Assembly: GCA_043814985.1 (NCBI GenBank)
Contig: JBDRJK010000001.1
Coordinates: 34,436-98,435 of the forward strand
Length of the DNA stretch: 64,000 nt
Reading direction: 5' to 3'
Origin: Candidatus Aenigmatarchaeota archaeon
GTDB taxonomy: Archaea; Aenigmatarchaeota; Aenigmatarchaeia; Aenigmatarchaeales; Aenigmatarchaeaceae
Position numbers and translations under genes: made by a program
Shown here: positions 29,759 to 38,698 of the stretch, piece after piece
How the letters are laid out: each line of letters opens with the position of its first letter
How positions within the stretch are numbered: the first letter of the stretch is position 1
Notes under the pieces: model-generated
Seen by the model: only the letters and a program-made list of their open reading frames with translations
What the model was told of the DNA's origin: nothing
Database searches by the model: none

Positions 29759-30064
29759 ATGGTAACAGGTGTTGTAAAGTTTTATAATCCAAACAAAAGC
29801 TTTGGATTTATAACTGGCGATGATGGAAAAGATTATTTCGTCCACTCAAGTGGATTGAAAGAAGGCGTTGACATCACAGAAGGCGACAAAGTTTCCTTTG
29901 AAGTTGTTGAAGGCGACAAGGGACTAAAAGCTGAACAAGTTGAAAAAACAGGTGCAGCTGCAGAAAAGCCAGAAGAAGCTGAAGAATCAGAAGATGTAGA
30001 AACGGACGAAGGCGTAGAAACAGATGATTCAGACGATGATGATTCGGACGAAGACGAAGAATAG
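29759..30064 (+). CDS. Cold-shock domain protein with acidic tail
   Basis: G.VKFYN..KSFGFI..DDG.DYFVH.S, GDKG; GGAGG SD. Confidence 0.93.
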   Translation: MVTGVVKFYNPNKSFGFITGDDGKDYFVHSSGLKEGVDITEGDKVSFEVVEGDKGLKAEQVEKTGAAAEKPEEAEESEDVETDEGVETDDSDDDDSDEDEE

Positions 30065-30162
30065 TAAAACATATTCTAAAAGAGTTTTGTAATTGTTTTT
30101 TTATATTTAATTATTGTAGCCACAGCTATAGCCTTAAATGCATATTTTTCTATATTTTTAGT

Positions 30163-30462
30163 ATGGCAAGTAATCCTCTTGGTATTAAAATAGAACCAAT
30201 TGATTTAGGTTTTAATTCCTCAAGAAAGAGTGGTAGAGATAAAAGAAGGTCCTTTACTAGAAGCCAAAAAAATGAAATTCTTTATCAACAAGGTAATAAA
30301 TGTGCTATATGTCATAAGCCTTTAGATCCAAGAGATATTGAATATGACCATAAAAAACCTTGGGCTTCTGGAGGTAGAACTATAACCATTAATGGTAGAG
30401 CATTATGTGGTTCTTGTCATAATAAAGTTAGCCACAAGACCAGATTAAAAAAAAGTAGATAA
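30163..30462 (+). CDS. Small HNH endonuclease
   Basis: CAIC...EYDHKKPWASGG.T..IN..ALC.SCH; may extend to ~30523 if the A8 run has one extra base. Confidence 0.85.
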   Translation: MASNPLGIKIEPIDLGFNSSRKSGRDKRRSFTRSQKNEILYQQGNKCAICHKPLDPRDIEYDHKKPWASGGRTITINGRALCGSCHNKVSHKTRLKKSR

Positions 30463-30532
30463 GAAAAGGGAATCTAAGAAAAATAATATTCTTGGTGGAT
30501 CATTAATTGACTTTGATGTTTAAAACGAGAAA

Positions 30533-30642
30533 TGCCCCCGGAGGGATTTGAACCCTCGGCCCCTTGATTTCTTCATCTTCGAATCAGAACTTCTAAGTTA
30601 TTTAGAAGTCAAGTGCTCTAATCCAAACTGAGCTACGGAGGC
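30533..30642 (-). tRNA. tRNA-Arg(TCT) with a 34-nt intron (30569-30602) at position 37/38
   Basis: Minus strand GCCTCCG...CTTGA-CT-TCT-A[intron]A-TCAAG...GAGGG-TTCAAAT-CCCTC-CGGGGGC-A; CTTC/GAAG can form the central helix of a BHB-like motif. Confidence 0.93.
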
Positions 30643-30680
30643 ATATTGAATTTATTTATTGTGTTGCTTATAAATTTATA

Positions 30681-31241
30681 GTGATTGAAATGGACAGGGA
30701 AGAGGCACTAAGTTTGATAAAAGAAGGCACGGACAAGAAGAATCTCATAAAGCACATGCTCGCAGTCGAAGCAATAATGAAAGGGGCAGCGGAATTCCTA
30801 GGGGATGATATTGAGAAGTGGGACATGACCGGATTATTGCATGACGTTGACTTCGAAAAGACCGAAGAAAACCCGAAGGAGCACGGAGTTATGGCAGAGA
30901 CTATACTCGAGGGGAAAGTTGACAAAGAGATAATTGATGCCATAAAATCCCATAATTTCGAATATACAGGAGTTCAGCCAAAGACAAAGATGGACTTTGC
31001 TCTAATAGCTGCAGACGCTGTATCAGGGCTCATAATAGCCAATGCATTGATAATATCGTCAAAAAAGCTGGCAGACATCACACCAGAGAATGTTGCCAAA
31101 AGATTCAAGGAAAAGGACTTCGCAAGAAGATGCAGAAGGGAATTAATTCTATATTGTGAGAAGGTAGGCATCCCCAAAGAAAAGTTCTTTGAAATATCGC
31201 TGAAGGCGCTGCAAAACATTTCGGATGAGTTAGGCTTGTGA
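30681..31241 (+). CDS. HDIG-domain hydrolase
   Basis: KHMLAVEA.M, GLLHDVD, AI.SHN, AADAVSGLI, FKEKDFA. Confidence 0.9.
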   Translation: MIEMDREEALSLIKEGTDKKNLIKHMLAVEAIMKGAAEFLGDDIEKWDMTGLLHDVDFEKTEENPKEHGVMAETILEGKVDKEIIDAIKSHNFEYTGVQPKTKMDFALIAADAVSGLIIANALIISSKKLADITPENVAKRFKEKDFARRCRRELILYCEKVGIPKEKFFEISLKALQNISDELGL

Positions 31242-31310
31242 CATTCTCATGATAAATCAAGAGATTCTAACTTCTTGAGTTAGTTACAGGCATTGTCACG
31301 GATGCCCCGT
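31238..31310 (-). ncRNA. 3' part of a putative TnpB omega-RNA scaffold
   Basis: Stem GGCAT/ATGCC with loop CCGTGACA complementary to terminal TGTCAC (pseudoknot), plus the right-end hairpin. Confidence 0.6.
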
Positions 31311-32317
31311 TCTTAGAGATATACTCTAAAAACCTCTTTTTGATGTTTTTAGCCCCATTAAAGTCAGCATTAACTTGGTATCCGCACTTCTTACATTTGA
31401 ACAAACTTTGTGATTTTCTGTTTGCTTTATTCTTGTATCCACACTTGGAAGATGTTATAGACGTCTCTTTTTCTTCAATTTTAATTACTTTTATTCCTTT
31501 CCAACTTGCTTTATAGGTTATATACTGACTTAACTTGAAGTATGGCATATTAGAAACTATTCTATTAAACCTCTTGCCTCTAGCTGATTTTCTAATTCCT
31601 TTCAAGTCCCCAAGTAGAATTAAGGAATTGTGCTGGTAAGCAAGGCTTACTATCTGCTTTGATATTTCATGAAGTTTTAGATTAACAGTTCTTTGTTCCT
31701 TGTTACCAATTTGTTTGATTTTCTTTAATAGTTTCTTTTCTCCTAGTCGTTTTCTCAACCAGGCATAATGCCTTCTAATTCCTCTAATCTCCCTTCCCAT
31801 AAATATTGGTTTTCCGTTTAGCAGCACGGTTGCCAAAACCTTCTCTCCTATATCTATGGCAAGAATAGATGAGTATGATTTTTTGATCTCAATTTGTTTT
31901 TTTAACAACAATATGAATTTCAAAATTATTGTCTTTCTTAAATATTTTACTCTCGCATAATTTGTAATCTTTAGGAAATTTACAATGTGGCTTTATTGGT
32001 AACCACAAACCACCTCTACGTTGTTTAACAGGAATTCTTACCCAATATTTACAGAATTTATGTTTAGTTTTTTTGAGTATAATCTGATCTTTTCTAATTG
32101 AAATAGGATACCTTTTATCTGATTTAATTTTCTTGTAATATCTTAATGATTGTTGCTTGTTAGCAGAATGTAAAGGTATATTTTCTGCAATCCAATCTGC
32201 ACCTATTCTCTCCAATTCTAGAAATTTTTGTAGATTGTCATATTCTTGTTTAAGAGCTTGATATTTTAATTTTGTTGGTTCAAATACTCTACATTTAATT
32301 GTCTTACTCGAGAACAC
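31267..32317 (-). pseudogene. tnpB: TnpB RNA-guided endonuclease, frameshifted at an A7 run (31897-31903)
   Basis: Two overlapping ORFs join as VVKK|QIEIKKSYSSILAIDIG if one A is removed; RuvC-I AIDIG, LHEISK, GDLKGIR, FKCKKCG..NADFNGAKNI. Confidence 0.9.
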
Positions 32318-32394
32318 ATTAATTATTAGTATTCTAAAAATAAATAATAGTATTAAAATTAGAGATTATAATTTAAAAACGGTGTTATAGGATT

Positions 32395-35007
32395 ATGGAG
32401 CTCAGGGGAATAGAGCAAAAGTGGAGAAAGAAGTGGGCAGACGCCAAGATATTCGAGGCAAAGGAAGGTAAAGGCAAAAAGTTCTATGTTCTGGAGATGT
32501 TGCCCTACCCCTCAGGAACTGCAGGACATGTGGGGCATGCAAGAAATTATATAATAGGGGACAGCTTTGCCAGGTTCATGAGAATGAGAGGCTTCAATGT
32601 TCTCTATCCAATGGGCTGGGACGCATTCGGCCTGCCATCAGAGAACTCAGCAATAGAAAAGGGCATACACCCTGCGAAAAGCATAGCCCAGAACATAAAG
32701 ACTTTCAAAGAGCAGCTTAATCTCTTATCTAACAGCTATGACTGGTCAAAGGAAATTACAAGTTGCGATCCAAAATACTACAAATGGAATCAGTGGCTTT
32801 TCTTGAAACTTTTCGAGAAAGGATTAGCTTACAAGAAGCTTGCTTTGGGCAACTGGTGCCCCGAATGTAAAACAACTCTGGCTAACGAGGATGTAAAGGA
32901 TGGCAAATGCTGGAGATGTGATGCGGAGGTTGAACAGAAAAAAATCAACCAATGGTTCTTCAAGATAACGGATTATGCTGACAGATTACTTGATGATTTG
33001 GACAAGATTAACTGGTCAGAAAATCTGAAGACGCTACAAAGAAACTGGATTGGCAAGAGCCAAGGAATCAATTATATTTTCAAGATCAAAGATTCAAACA
33101 AAAAAATAAGGACATTCACAACAAGACCGGACACTTTCTTCGGAATAACCTTCATGGTAGTAGCTCCAGAAAACCAGTTGATAGAAGAGTTAATCAAGGA
33201 TGCTAAAAACAAGAAAGGAATTGAAAAGTTCATAGAGGAGTCAAAGAAATTGTCAGAGCTTGAAAGGACAATGCTTACAAAGGACAAGAAGGGAATCTTC
33301 ACTGGAAAGTATGCTATCAATCCTGTATCAAAGGATGAGATTCCGATATGGGTTGCAAACTATGTTGTAGGTACGTACGGAACCGGTGTTGTGATAGGAG
33401 TTCCAACCCAGGACCAGAGAGACTTCGAGTTCGCAAAGAAGTATGGCATCAACTTGAAGAATGTGATCAATCCTCCTGGAAAGGATTTGAAAGAGAGTGA
33501 GATGAAGGAAGCCTATGTCGAGGAAGGCATAATGACCAACTCTCAACAATTCAATGGAATGAAAAGTTCCGAAGGTATCAAGGCAATAGCAGACTTCCTT
33601 GTTGAAAAGGGCTATGCTGAGAGAACTATAAACTATAAAATAAGGGACTGGTGCATCTCAAGACAGAGGTACTGGGGAACGCCAATACCGATTGTTTATT
33701 GTGACAAGTGCGGCATTGTTCCGGTTCCTGAAAAGGAATTGCCCGTTCTCTTACCAATAGATGTTGAGTTCGGGAAGGAAGGGGCTGCTCCTCTTGCAAC
33801 AAATGAAGATTTCGTGAACACCAAATGCCCCAATTGCGGAGGTCCAGGCAAAAGGGAAACAGACACAATGACAACCTTTGTCGACTCATCATGGTATTAC
33901 CTGAGGTATACTTCTCCCAATGATGACAAGGCTATATTCGATAAGAAGAAAGTGAACTACTGGCTCCCTGTTGACCAGTATATTGGCGGCATTGAGCATG
34001 CTGTTGGCCATCTTATGTACTCAAGATTCATAACAAAGTTCCTGAAAGACCAGGGTTATCTTGACTTTGAAGAGCCATTCTTGAAATTAACAAATCAGGG
34101 CATGGTAAATATGGGTGGAGTGAAGATGAGCAAATCAAAGGGCAATGTTGTTGACCCCAGAGATGTGATAAAGAAGCATGGAGTCGATCCATTGAGAACT
34201 TATTTGCTTTTCATGGCAGCTCCTATGAAGTCTGTTGAGTGGTCTGACAAGGAAATGGGTGGAGTGAGCAGGTTCCTGGACAAGGTTGCAAACATGCTGG
34301 ATGAAATGAAGAAGGCAAAAGGAGACAAGTATATTGAAAGTGTGACACACAGAAAAATAAATGCTGTAACAAACGCTATGAAGAATCTTGAGCAGAACAT
34401 TGCCATCATAGAGATGATGGACTTTGCAAACAAACTATCAAAGCATCCTTCTAAGGATTCTTACAAGACATTCTTGAAATTACTGACACCATTTGCTCCG
34501 CACACAACAGAGGAACTGTGGGAAATGCTAGGAGAAAAGCAAATGATTTCAAAACAGAAGTGGCCTGAGCATGACGAATTCAAGATAAATATGAAAGTGG
34601 AGGCCGGTGAAGATTTTATAAACGATGTTATAAAGGACATCAAGGAAATACAAAAGCTTTCCAAGATAGAGAAACCGGAAAAGATATCAATATTCGTGAC
34701 ACCCCACTGGAAGTACGAGGTCTTCAATGCGGTTCTGGAGGAAGTTGAGATGAAAGAACTGATGCAGAATCAAGAATTAAAGAAACTAGGAAACGCTGTT
34801 ATCAAATACTACAAGAAGTTACAGAAGAGAAAGCCTTTGGAAGAGATATTCCTTACAGCTGGTTACGAGCATGAGATTTTAGAGGACAATAAAAAATTAA
34901 TTGAAGGTGAGTTTGATTCAAAAGTTGAAATAATCAAAGCAGAGGAAGCAAAGAACCCAAAAGCACTGGTAGCAGAGCCTAGCAAGCCAGGAATTCTGGT
35001 TGAGTGA
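32395..35007 (+). CDS. leuS: Leucyl-tRNA synthetase (bacterial-type core)
   Basis: MLPYPSG..HVGH.RNY, MGWDAFGLP.EN, FTTRPDT, DW.ISRQRYWG, DSSWYY, GGIEHA, KMSKS. Confidence 0.97.
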   Translation: MELRGIEQKWRKKWADAKIFEAKEGKGKKFYVLEMLPYPSGTAGHVGHARNYIIGDSFARFMRMRGFNVLYPMGWDAFGLPSENSAIEKGIHPAKSIAQNIKTFKEQLNLLSNSYDWSKEITSCDPKYYKWNQWLFLKLFEKGLAYKKLALGNWCPECKTTLANEDVKDGKCWRCDAEVEQKKINQWFFKITDYADRLLDDLDKINWSENLKTLQRNWIGKSQGINYIFKIKDSNKKIRTFTTRPDTFFGITFMVVAPENQLIEELIKDAKNKKGIEKFIEESKKLSELERTMLTKDKKGIFTGKYAINPVSKDEIPIWVANYVVGTYGTGVVIGVPTQDQRDFEFAKKYGINLKNVINPPGKDLKESEMKEAYVEEGIMTNSQQFNGMKSSEGIKAIADFLVEKGYAERTINYKIRDWCISRQRYWGTPIPIVYCDKCGIVPVPEKELPVLLPIDVEFGKEGAAPLATNEDFVNTKCPNCGGPGKRETDTMTTFVDSSWYYLRYTSPNDDKAIFDKKKVNYWLPVDQYIGGIEHAVGHLMYSRFITKFLKDQGYLDFEEPFLKLTNQGMVNMGGVKMSKSKGNVVDPRDVIKKHGVDPLRTYLLFMAAPMKSVEWSDKEMGGVSRFLDKVANMLDEMKKAKGDKYIESVTHRKINAVTNAMKNLEQNIAIIEMMDFANKLSKHPSKDSYKTFLKLLTPFAPHTTEELWEMLGEKQMISKQKWPEHDEFKINMKVEAGEDFINDVIKDIKEIQKLSKIEKPEKISIFVTPHWKYEVFNAVLEEVEMKELMQNQELKKLGNAVIKYYKKLQKRKPLEEIFLTAGYEHEILEDNKKLIEGEFDSKVEIIKAEEAKNPKALVAEPSKPGILVE

Positions 35008-35008
35008 A

Positions 35009-35413
35009 ATGGTAAAGATTTACTTAAGCAGCAGGGCAATAATCAGAAGGGGTAAGAAGATTCTTTTGATCAGAGAGGAAGAACACTGGGAAACCCCTGG
35101 AGGAAAATTAGAACCTGATGAAAATCCAATACAGAACGTTCATAGAGAAATGAAAGAGGAGCTGGGGACAAGAGTAAAGATACTAGACAGGGTTCCTTAT
35201 TTTTATAAAAGGGTGTATAAAGGGAATCACACTGTAATGTGTTACTTCTTTATCAAGCTTCTTGGAAAACCAAAGATTACCAAGGACAATCATGAGGCAT
35301 TGGAAATAAAGTTTCTCAGCAAAAAGGAAATTATGAAACTAAAGAGGGAAAAGAATTTGATGGGTTGGGATTCTATTTGCCTGCCAAAAATTATGAAAGA
35401 ACTTGGACTATAA
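35009..35413 (+). CDS. NUDIX hydrolase
   Basis: WETPGGKLE..E......HREMKEELG. Confidence 0.9.
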   Translation: MVKIYLSSRAIIRRGKKILLIREEEHWETPGGKLEPDENPIQNVHREMKEELGTRVKILDRVPYFYKRVYKGNHTVMCYFFIKLLGKPKITKDNHEALEIKFLSKKEIMKLKREKNLMGWDSICLPKIMKELGL

Positions 35414-35776
35414 TTCAATGTATTTCTTGAAATTACTCTCGACTTTCTTTCTTGTGACATAAGGTCTATGACTTCTGAACCCACCACCGAAGTTTTTTGG
35501 TATGTGCATCAGTTCATGTATCAGGGTCTTTATTTTGTCCTCTCTGTTAAGCTTGTCGAACTTCTCAGAAATTAATTCAATAACATAGAAGGCCTTTGTG
35601 TTGAATGCTATCTGCATTACCTTGGACAACCCGTGTATCCTGGCAAGAGTACTCCTGCTCTTCGATCCCCTGCTCCTCAGGCAGAGAATCTTATCAGTGT
35701 CTATGTGATTGAGATTGAGCTTTCTTATAACGTCGTTGACAATTTCCTGCGACTCGCTGTCCATTTCGTACTTCAT
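35408..35776 (-). CDS. Putative metallopeptidase
   Basis: RS.GSKS...ARI, Y.IEL.SEKF, LIHELMHIP..F.GG. Confidence 0.8.
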   Translation of the reverse strand: MKYEMDSESQEIVNDVIRKLNLNHIDTDKILCLRSRGSKSRSTLARIHGLSKVMQIAFNTKAFYVIELISEKFDKLNREDKIKTLIHELMHIPKNFGGGFRSHRPYVTRKKVESNFKKYIEL

Positions 35777-35858
35777 AGATAGTTATTCACCCCGAGAATA
35801 TTAATTGCTACCTGGAGTGGTAAGCAAGGGTTAAGGGCGGTTTCAATATACAAGTTCT

Positions 35859-36296
35859 ATGAAGAAGTCAGTGATGGTTTTTTTCATAATCCTAGGTATA
35901 GGCTTTGTTGTCACCATTTATATGGAGGACTATAAAGAGGTCAGGGTCACTGAAGTCATTGACGGCGACACAATAAAGATAGGTTACAATTCTGTAAGGC
36001 TTTTAGGAATCAACGCACCTGAAACAAAAGAGCCTTGCTATGAGGAGTCAAAGGAACTACTGGAAGACTTGGTCGGCCATAAGGAGGTTAGGCTTGAGAA
36101 GGATGCTGAAGACAAGGATGATTATGGAAGACTGTTAAGGTATGTTTATGTTGACGACATGTTGGTCAATGGGGAAATAATCAGACTTGGTTTAGCAAGG
36201 TTCGAGGAAATAGAGCCTAATACAAGATATTCTGATTTATTTTTGGATTTAGAAAATAGGGCCAGAAAAGCTGGAAGATGTATTTGGGGGTCATGA
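35859..36296 (+). CDS. Membrane-anchored thermonuclease (SNase family)
   Basis: N-terminal TM, VIDGDTI, VRLLGINAPE, D.YGRLLRYV. Confidence 0.93.
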   Translation: MKKSVMVFFIILGIGFVVTIYMEDYKEVRVTEVIDGDTIKIGYNSVRLLGINAPETKEPCYEESKELLEDLVGHKEVRLEKDAEDKDDYGRLLRYVYVDDMLVNGEIIRLGLARFEEIEPNTRYSDLFLDLENRARKAGRCIWGS

Positions 36297-37319
36297 GCTA
36301 ACAAAATTTATGCAGTCCTTTATACCCTCGATGTACTCGCTTGATGGTACCATCCCAGCATAGCTTCCCTCAATCTGAAAATACTTCACACCATCATCGT
36401 AACCATACCTGCAAAGGTTATCAGTTTCGATAGAAGTTGCTTGTTTTTGCTGATCAATAAAATACCAATCCTGAACACTCTCCCCGAAAGGGATATTAAA
36501 CTTGTCGGATATATGCTTTGCATAATTTTTGGATGCATCTATCTGGTCAGGGAAGTTTGTAGCGAACATTATTATGACAGTGTCCCCCCACTCCTCAAAC
36601 CAATGGTCTAGGCTAGTATCATTGTATACGGTCTGCCAAGCATAGCTTGGTTCTGACCATATGACTTTCTTGTTTCTTTTTTTGCTCTCATATATTGTCC
36701 TGTTCGCCCAAGACCAGTCAAACTGTTCCACCGCAACATTCCAATCCCAATTATTATCAAAAGAAATATAAGTCAGTGCTTCATGCATATAGAGCCCTTC
36801 ACATGCATCTCTTTCAAGTACTGGAATTATTTCAGCCTCAATATCCCTGTGTATGCTCTGCTTGTCATAACTAGCATAATCCGAAGATGCTGAACTGTAA
36901 TAATATTTAGAATCTTTATTTTCCAAAACAATCATTTCATTCGTGGGAATAGTACCTATGTCCCTGGTTCTATAATATATCCCAACTTCTTCTGTTTCCA
37001 TGTCTTTGTAATCATCCCACCATTGATCATAGCAGCAAAAGATGAATTGAAAATCTTTTGGAATGGGAGTTTCTATTTTCGGTGTTGTTTCCACTATTGT
37101 TTCTGGTACTGTTTCGTCTATTTCTTGAACATCAGCAGTCTCATCCTGAACTATAGGTTCCACCTTTGCCATTGCTTCACTTACATTCGGAACAGCAATA
37201 GTATCATTCTGGGTTACATACACTATGTCTTGTTCAGGAACATTAAAGAAAATAATATAGATTGATAATCCTACAACAATTATAGCTGATAATATAAGGA
37301 TTATCTGTACTTTGTTCAT
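36291..37319 (-). CDS. Membrane-anchored extracellular hypothetical protein
   Basis: N-terminal TM, E/T/P/V linker, aromatic- and acid-rich globular domain. Confidence 0.65.
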   Translation of the reverse strand: MNKVQIILILSAIIVVGLSIYIIFFNVPEQDIVYVTQNDTIAVPNVSEAMAKVEPIVQDETADVQEIDETVPETIVETTPKIETPIPKDFQFIFCCYDQWWDDYKDMETEEVGIYYRTRDIGTIPTNEMIVLENKDSKYYYSSASSDYASYDKQSIHRDIEAEIIPVLERDACEGLYMHEALTYISFDNNWDWNVAVEQFDWSWANRTIYESKKRNKKVIWSEPSYAWQTVYNDTSLDHWFEEWGDTVIIMFATNFPDQIDASKNYAKHISDKFNIPFGESVQDWYFIDQQKQATSIETDNLCRYGYDDGVKYFQIEGSYAGMVPSSEYIEGIKDCINFVSS

Positions 37320-37428
37320 ATTTTATAATTAAAATTTCTGCTTATATAGAATCTATATCTCGGAAATTTGTACGACCTAAAGTGTATTTGGAGATGATTT
37401 ATTAATTAATAGAAATAGAATATAAATT

Positions 37429-38054
37429 ATGGCACGATTACTTGTATTTGGAGATAGCATTGCTTGGGGGTACTACGACATAGAAGGAGGATGGGTTGAA
37501 AGGCTCAAAAGATTCTTTATGGAAAAAATGTTGTCGGGTGATAGTTCCGGTTTTGCTGTTTACAATCTAAGTATTTCAGGGGATTATACAAAGGACTTGT
37601 TGGATAGATTCAGGTCTGAAACGAAACAGAGAACAGAAGAAGAGGAAGGTGGTGAAATTATAATTTTTAACATAGGAATTAATGACTCTCAAATTCTCAA
37701 CAAAAGTGGAAAACATGTAATTTCAAAGGACGAATTAAAAAGGAATATCAAAAAATTGATTGACTTACCAAGAAAGTTTTATTTGTTGGCCTCACTCCTG
37801 TAGACGAACCAAAAGTTACACCTGTTCCATGGCGACCTGAAATTTCATATAATAACAAATGTATAGAAACATATCATAAAATTATCAAGGAATTATGCGA
37901 GGCGAATAAAATATATTTCATAGACTTCTTCCAAATATGGCTCAATTCAAACTATAAAATTTTGCTTGAAGATGGAGTTCATCCAAATTCTGAAGGTCAT
38001 AAGAAATTATTCGAAACTGTAAGGGATTATTTAATAGAAAATAAAATGATCTAA
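37429..38054 (+). pseudogene. SGNH/GDSL hydrolase, frameshifted near 37765
   Basis: First ORF has FGDSI, NLSISG, GIND; another frame continues KVLFVGLTPVDE...EDGVHPNSEGH to TAA at 38054. Confidence 0.85.
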
Positions 38055-38057
38055 TTA

Positions 38058-38671
38058 TCATTCGACTTCTTTTAGAACAAGTTCCATTTCATCGAGCCTA
38101 ACATACTTGAATCCTTTTGTTTTTTCCAAAATCTGGGGCAATGCCTCAATCATCTGATCTGGACGGCTACCTCTGTCTACCTTATGGTCACCATCATGCA
38201 TAGTTATCACAGAACATTTAGCTATGTTTTTTGTATAATAACCCACTGTCGCTTCAACCCCCTTCAGCCTCCAGTCATAAGAATGGAAAGTTGAACCGAC
38301 AATCTTTTTACCCTTCATACTCTTAAGACTAGGAAAGCTCTTCCAATCGTTGTAAGGAGCCCTTATGAATATTATTTTCTCTCCTGTAATTGTTTCCACT
38401 GTTTCAAGGCCTTTTTCAATATCATCATTTTCCCTAGAATGGGAATAGCTATGACCTCCTATCAAATGACCTCTCTTCTGTATTTCCATAACAGTCTCAG
38501 GAAATAATACTGCATGCTTACCCAGAATGAAAAATGTTGCTTTTGCATTATACATGTCCAAAATATCCAGAACCTTATCTGTTCTGGGGGGATTGGGACC
38601 ATCATCAAATGTTAGAGCGACCTTGTTCTTACTTTGGTCCCCATTGAAATATACAATCTGTCTTTTTCCAT
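38058..38671 (-). CDS. Polysaccharide deacetylase (NodB family); probable ATG at 38671 is out of frame by one base
   Basis: VALTFDDGP lies upstream of the track start (38561) in the same frame; KATFF, GHSYSH, RAPY, MHDG. Confidence 0.85.
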
Positions 38672-38698
38672 ATAACCATCTTATAAAATCTCTTATAA

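Larger units (their letters stand above)
31238..32317 (-). mobile_element. Non-autonomous IS200/IS605-family (tnpB-only) element; left end not located
   Basis: tnpB plus right-end hairpin TCTCTTGA-TTTA-TCATGAGA followed by ATGTCAC; no tnpA nearby. Confidence 0.75.

Noticed and set aside
29309..30532. Integrated element at tRNA-Arg (HNH next to the tRNA 3' end)
   Set aside because: No integrase and no duplicated tRNA 3' end (att site) seen.
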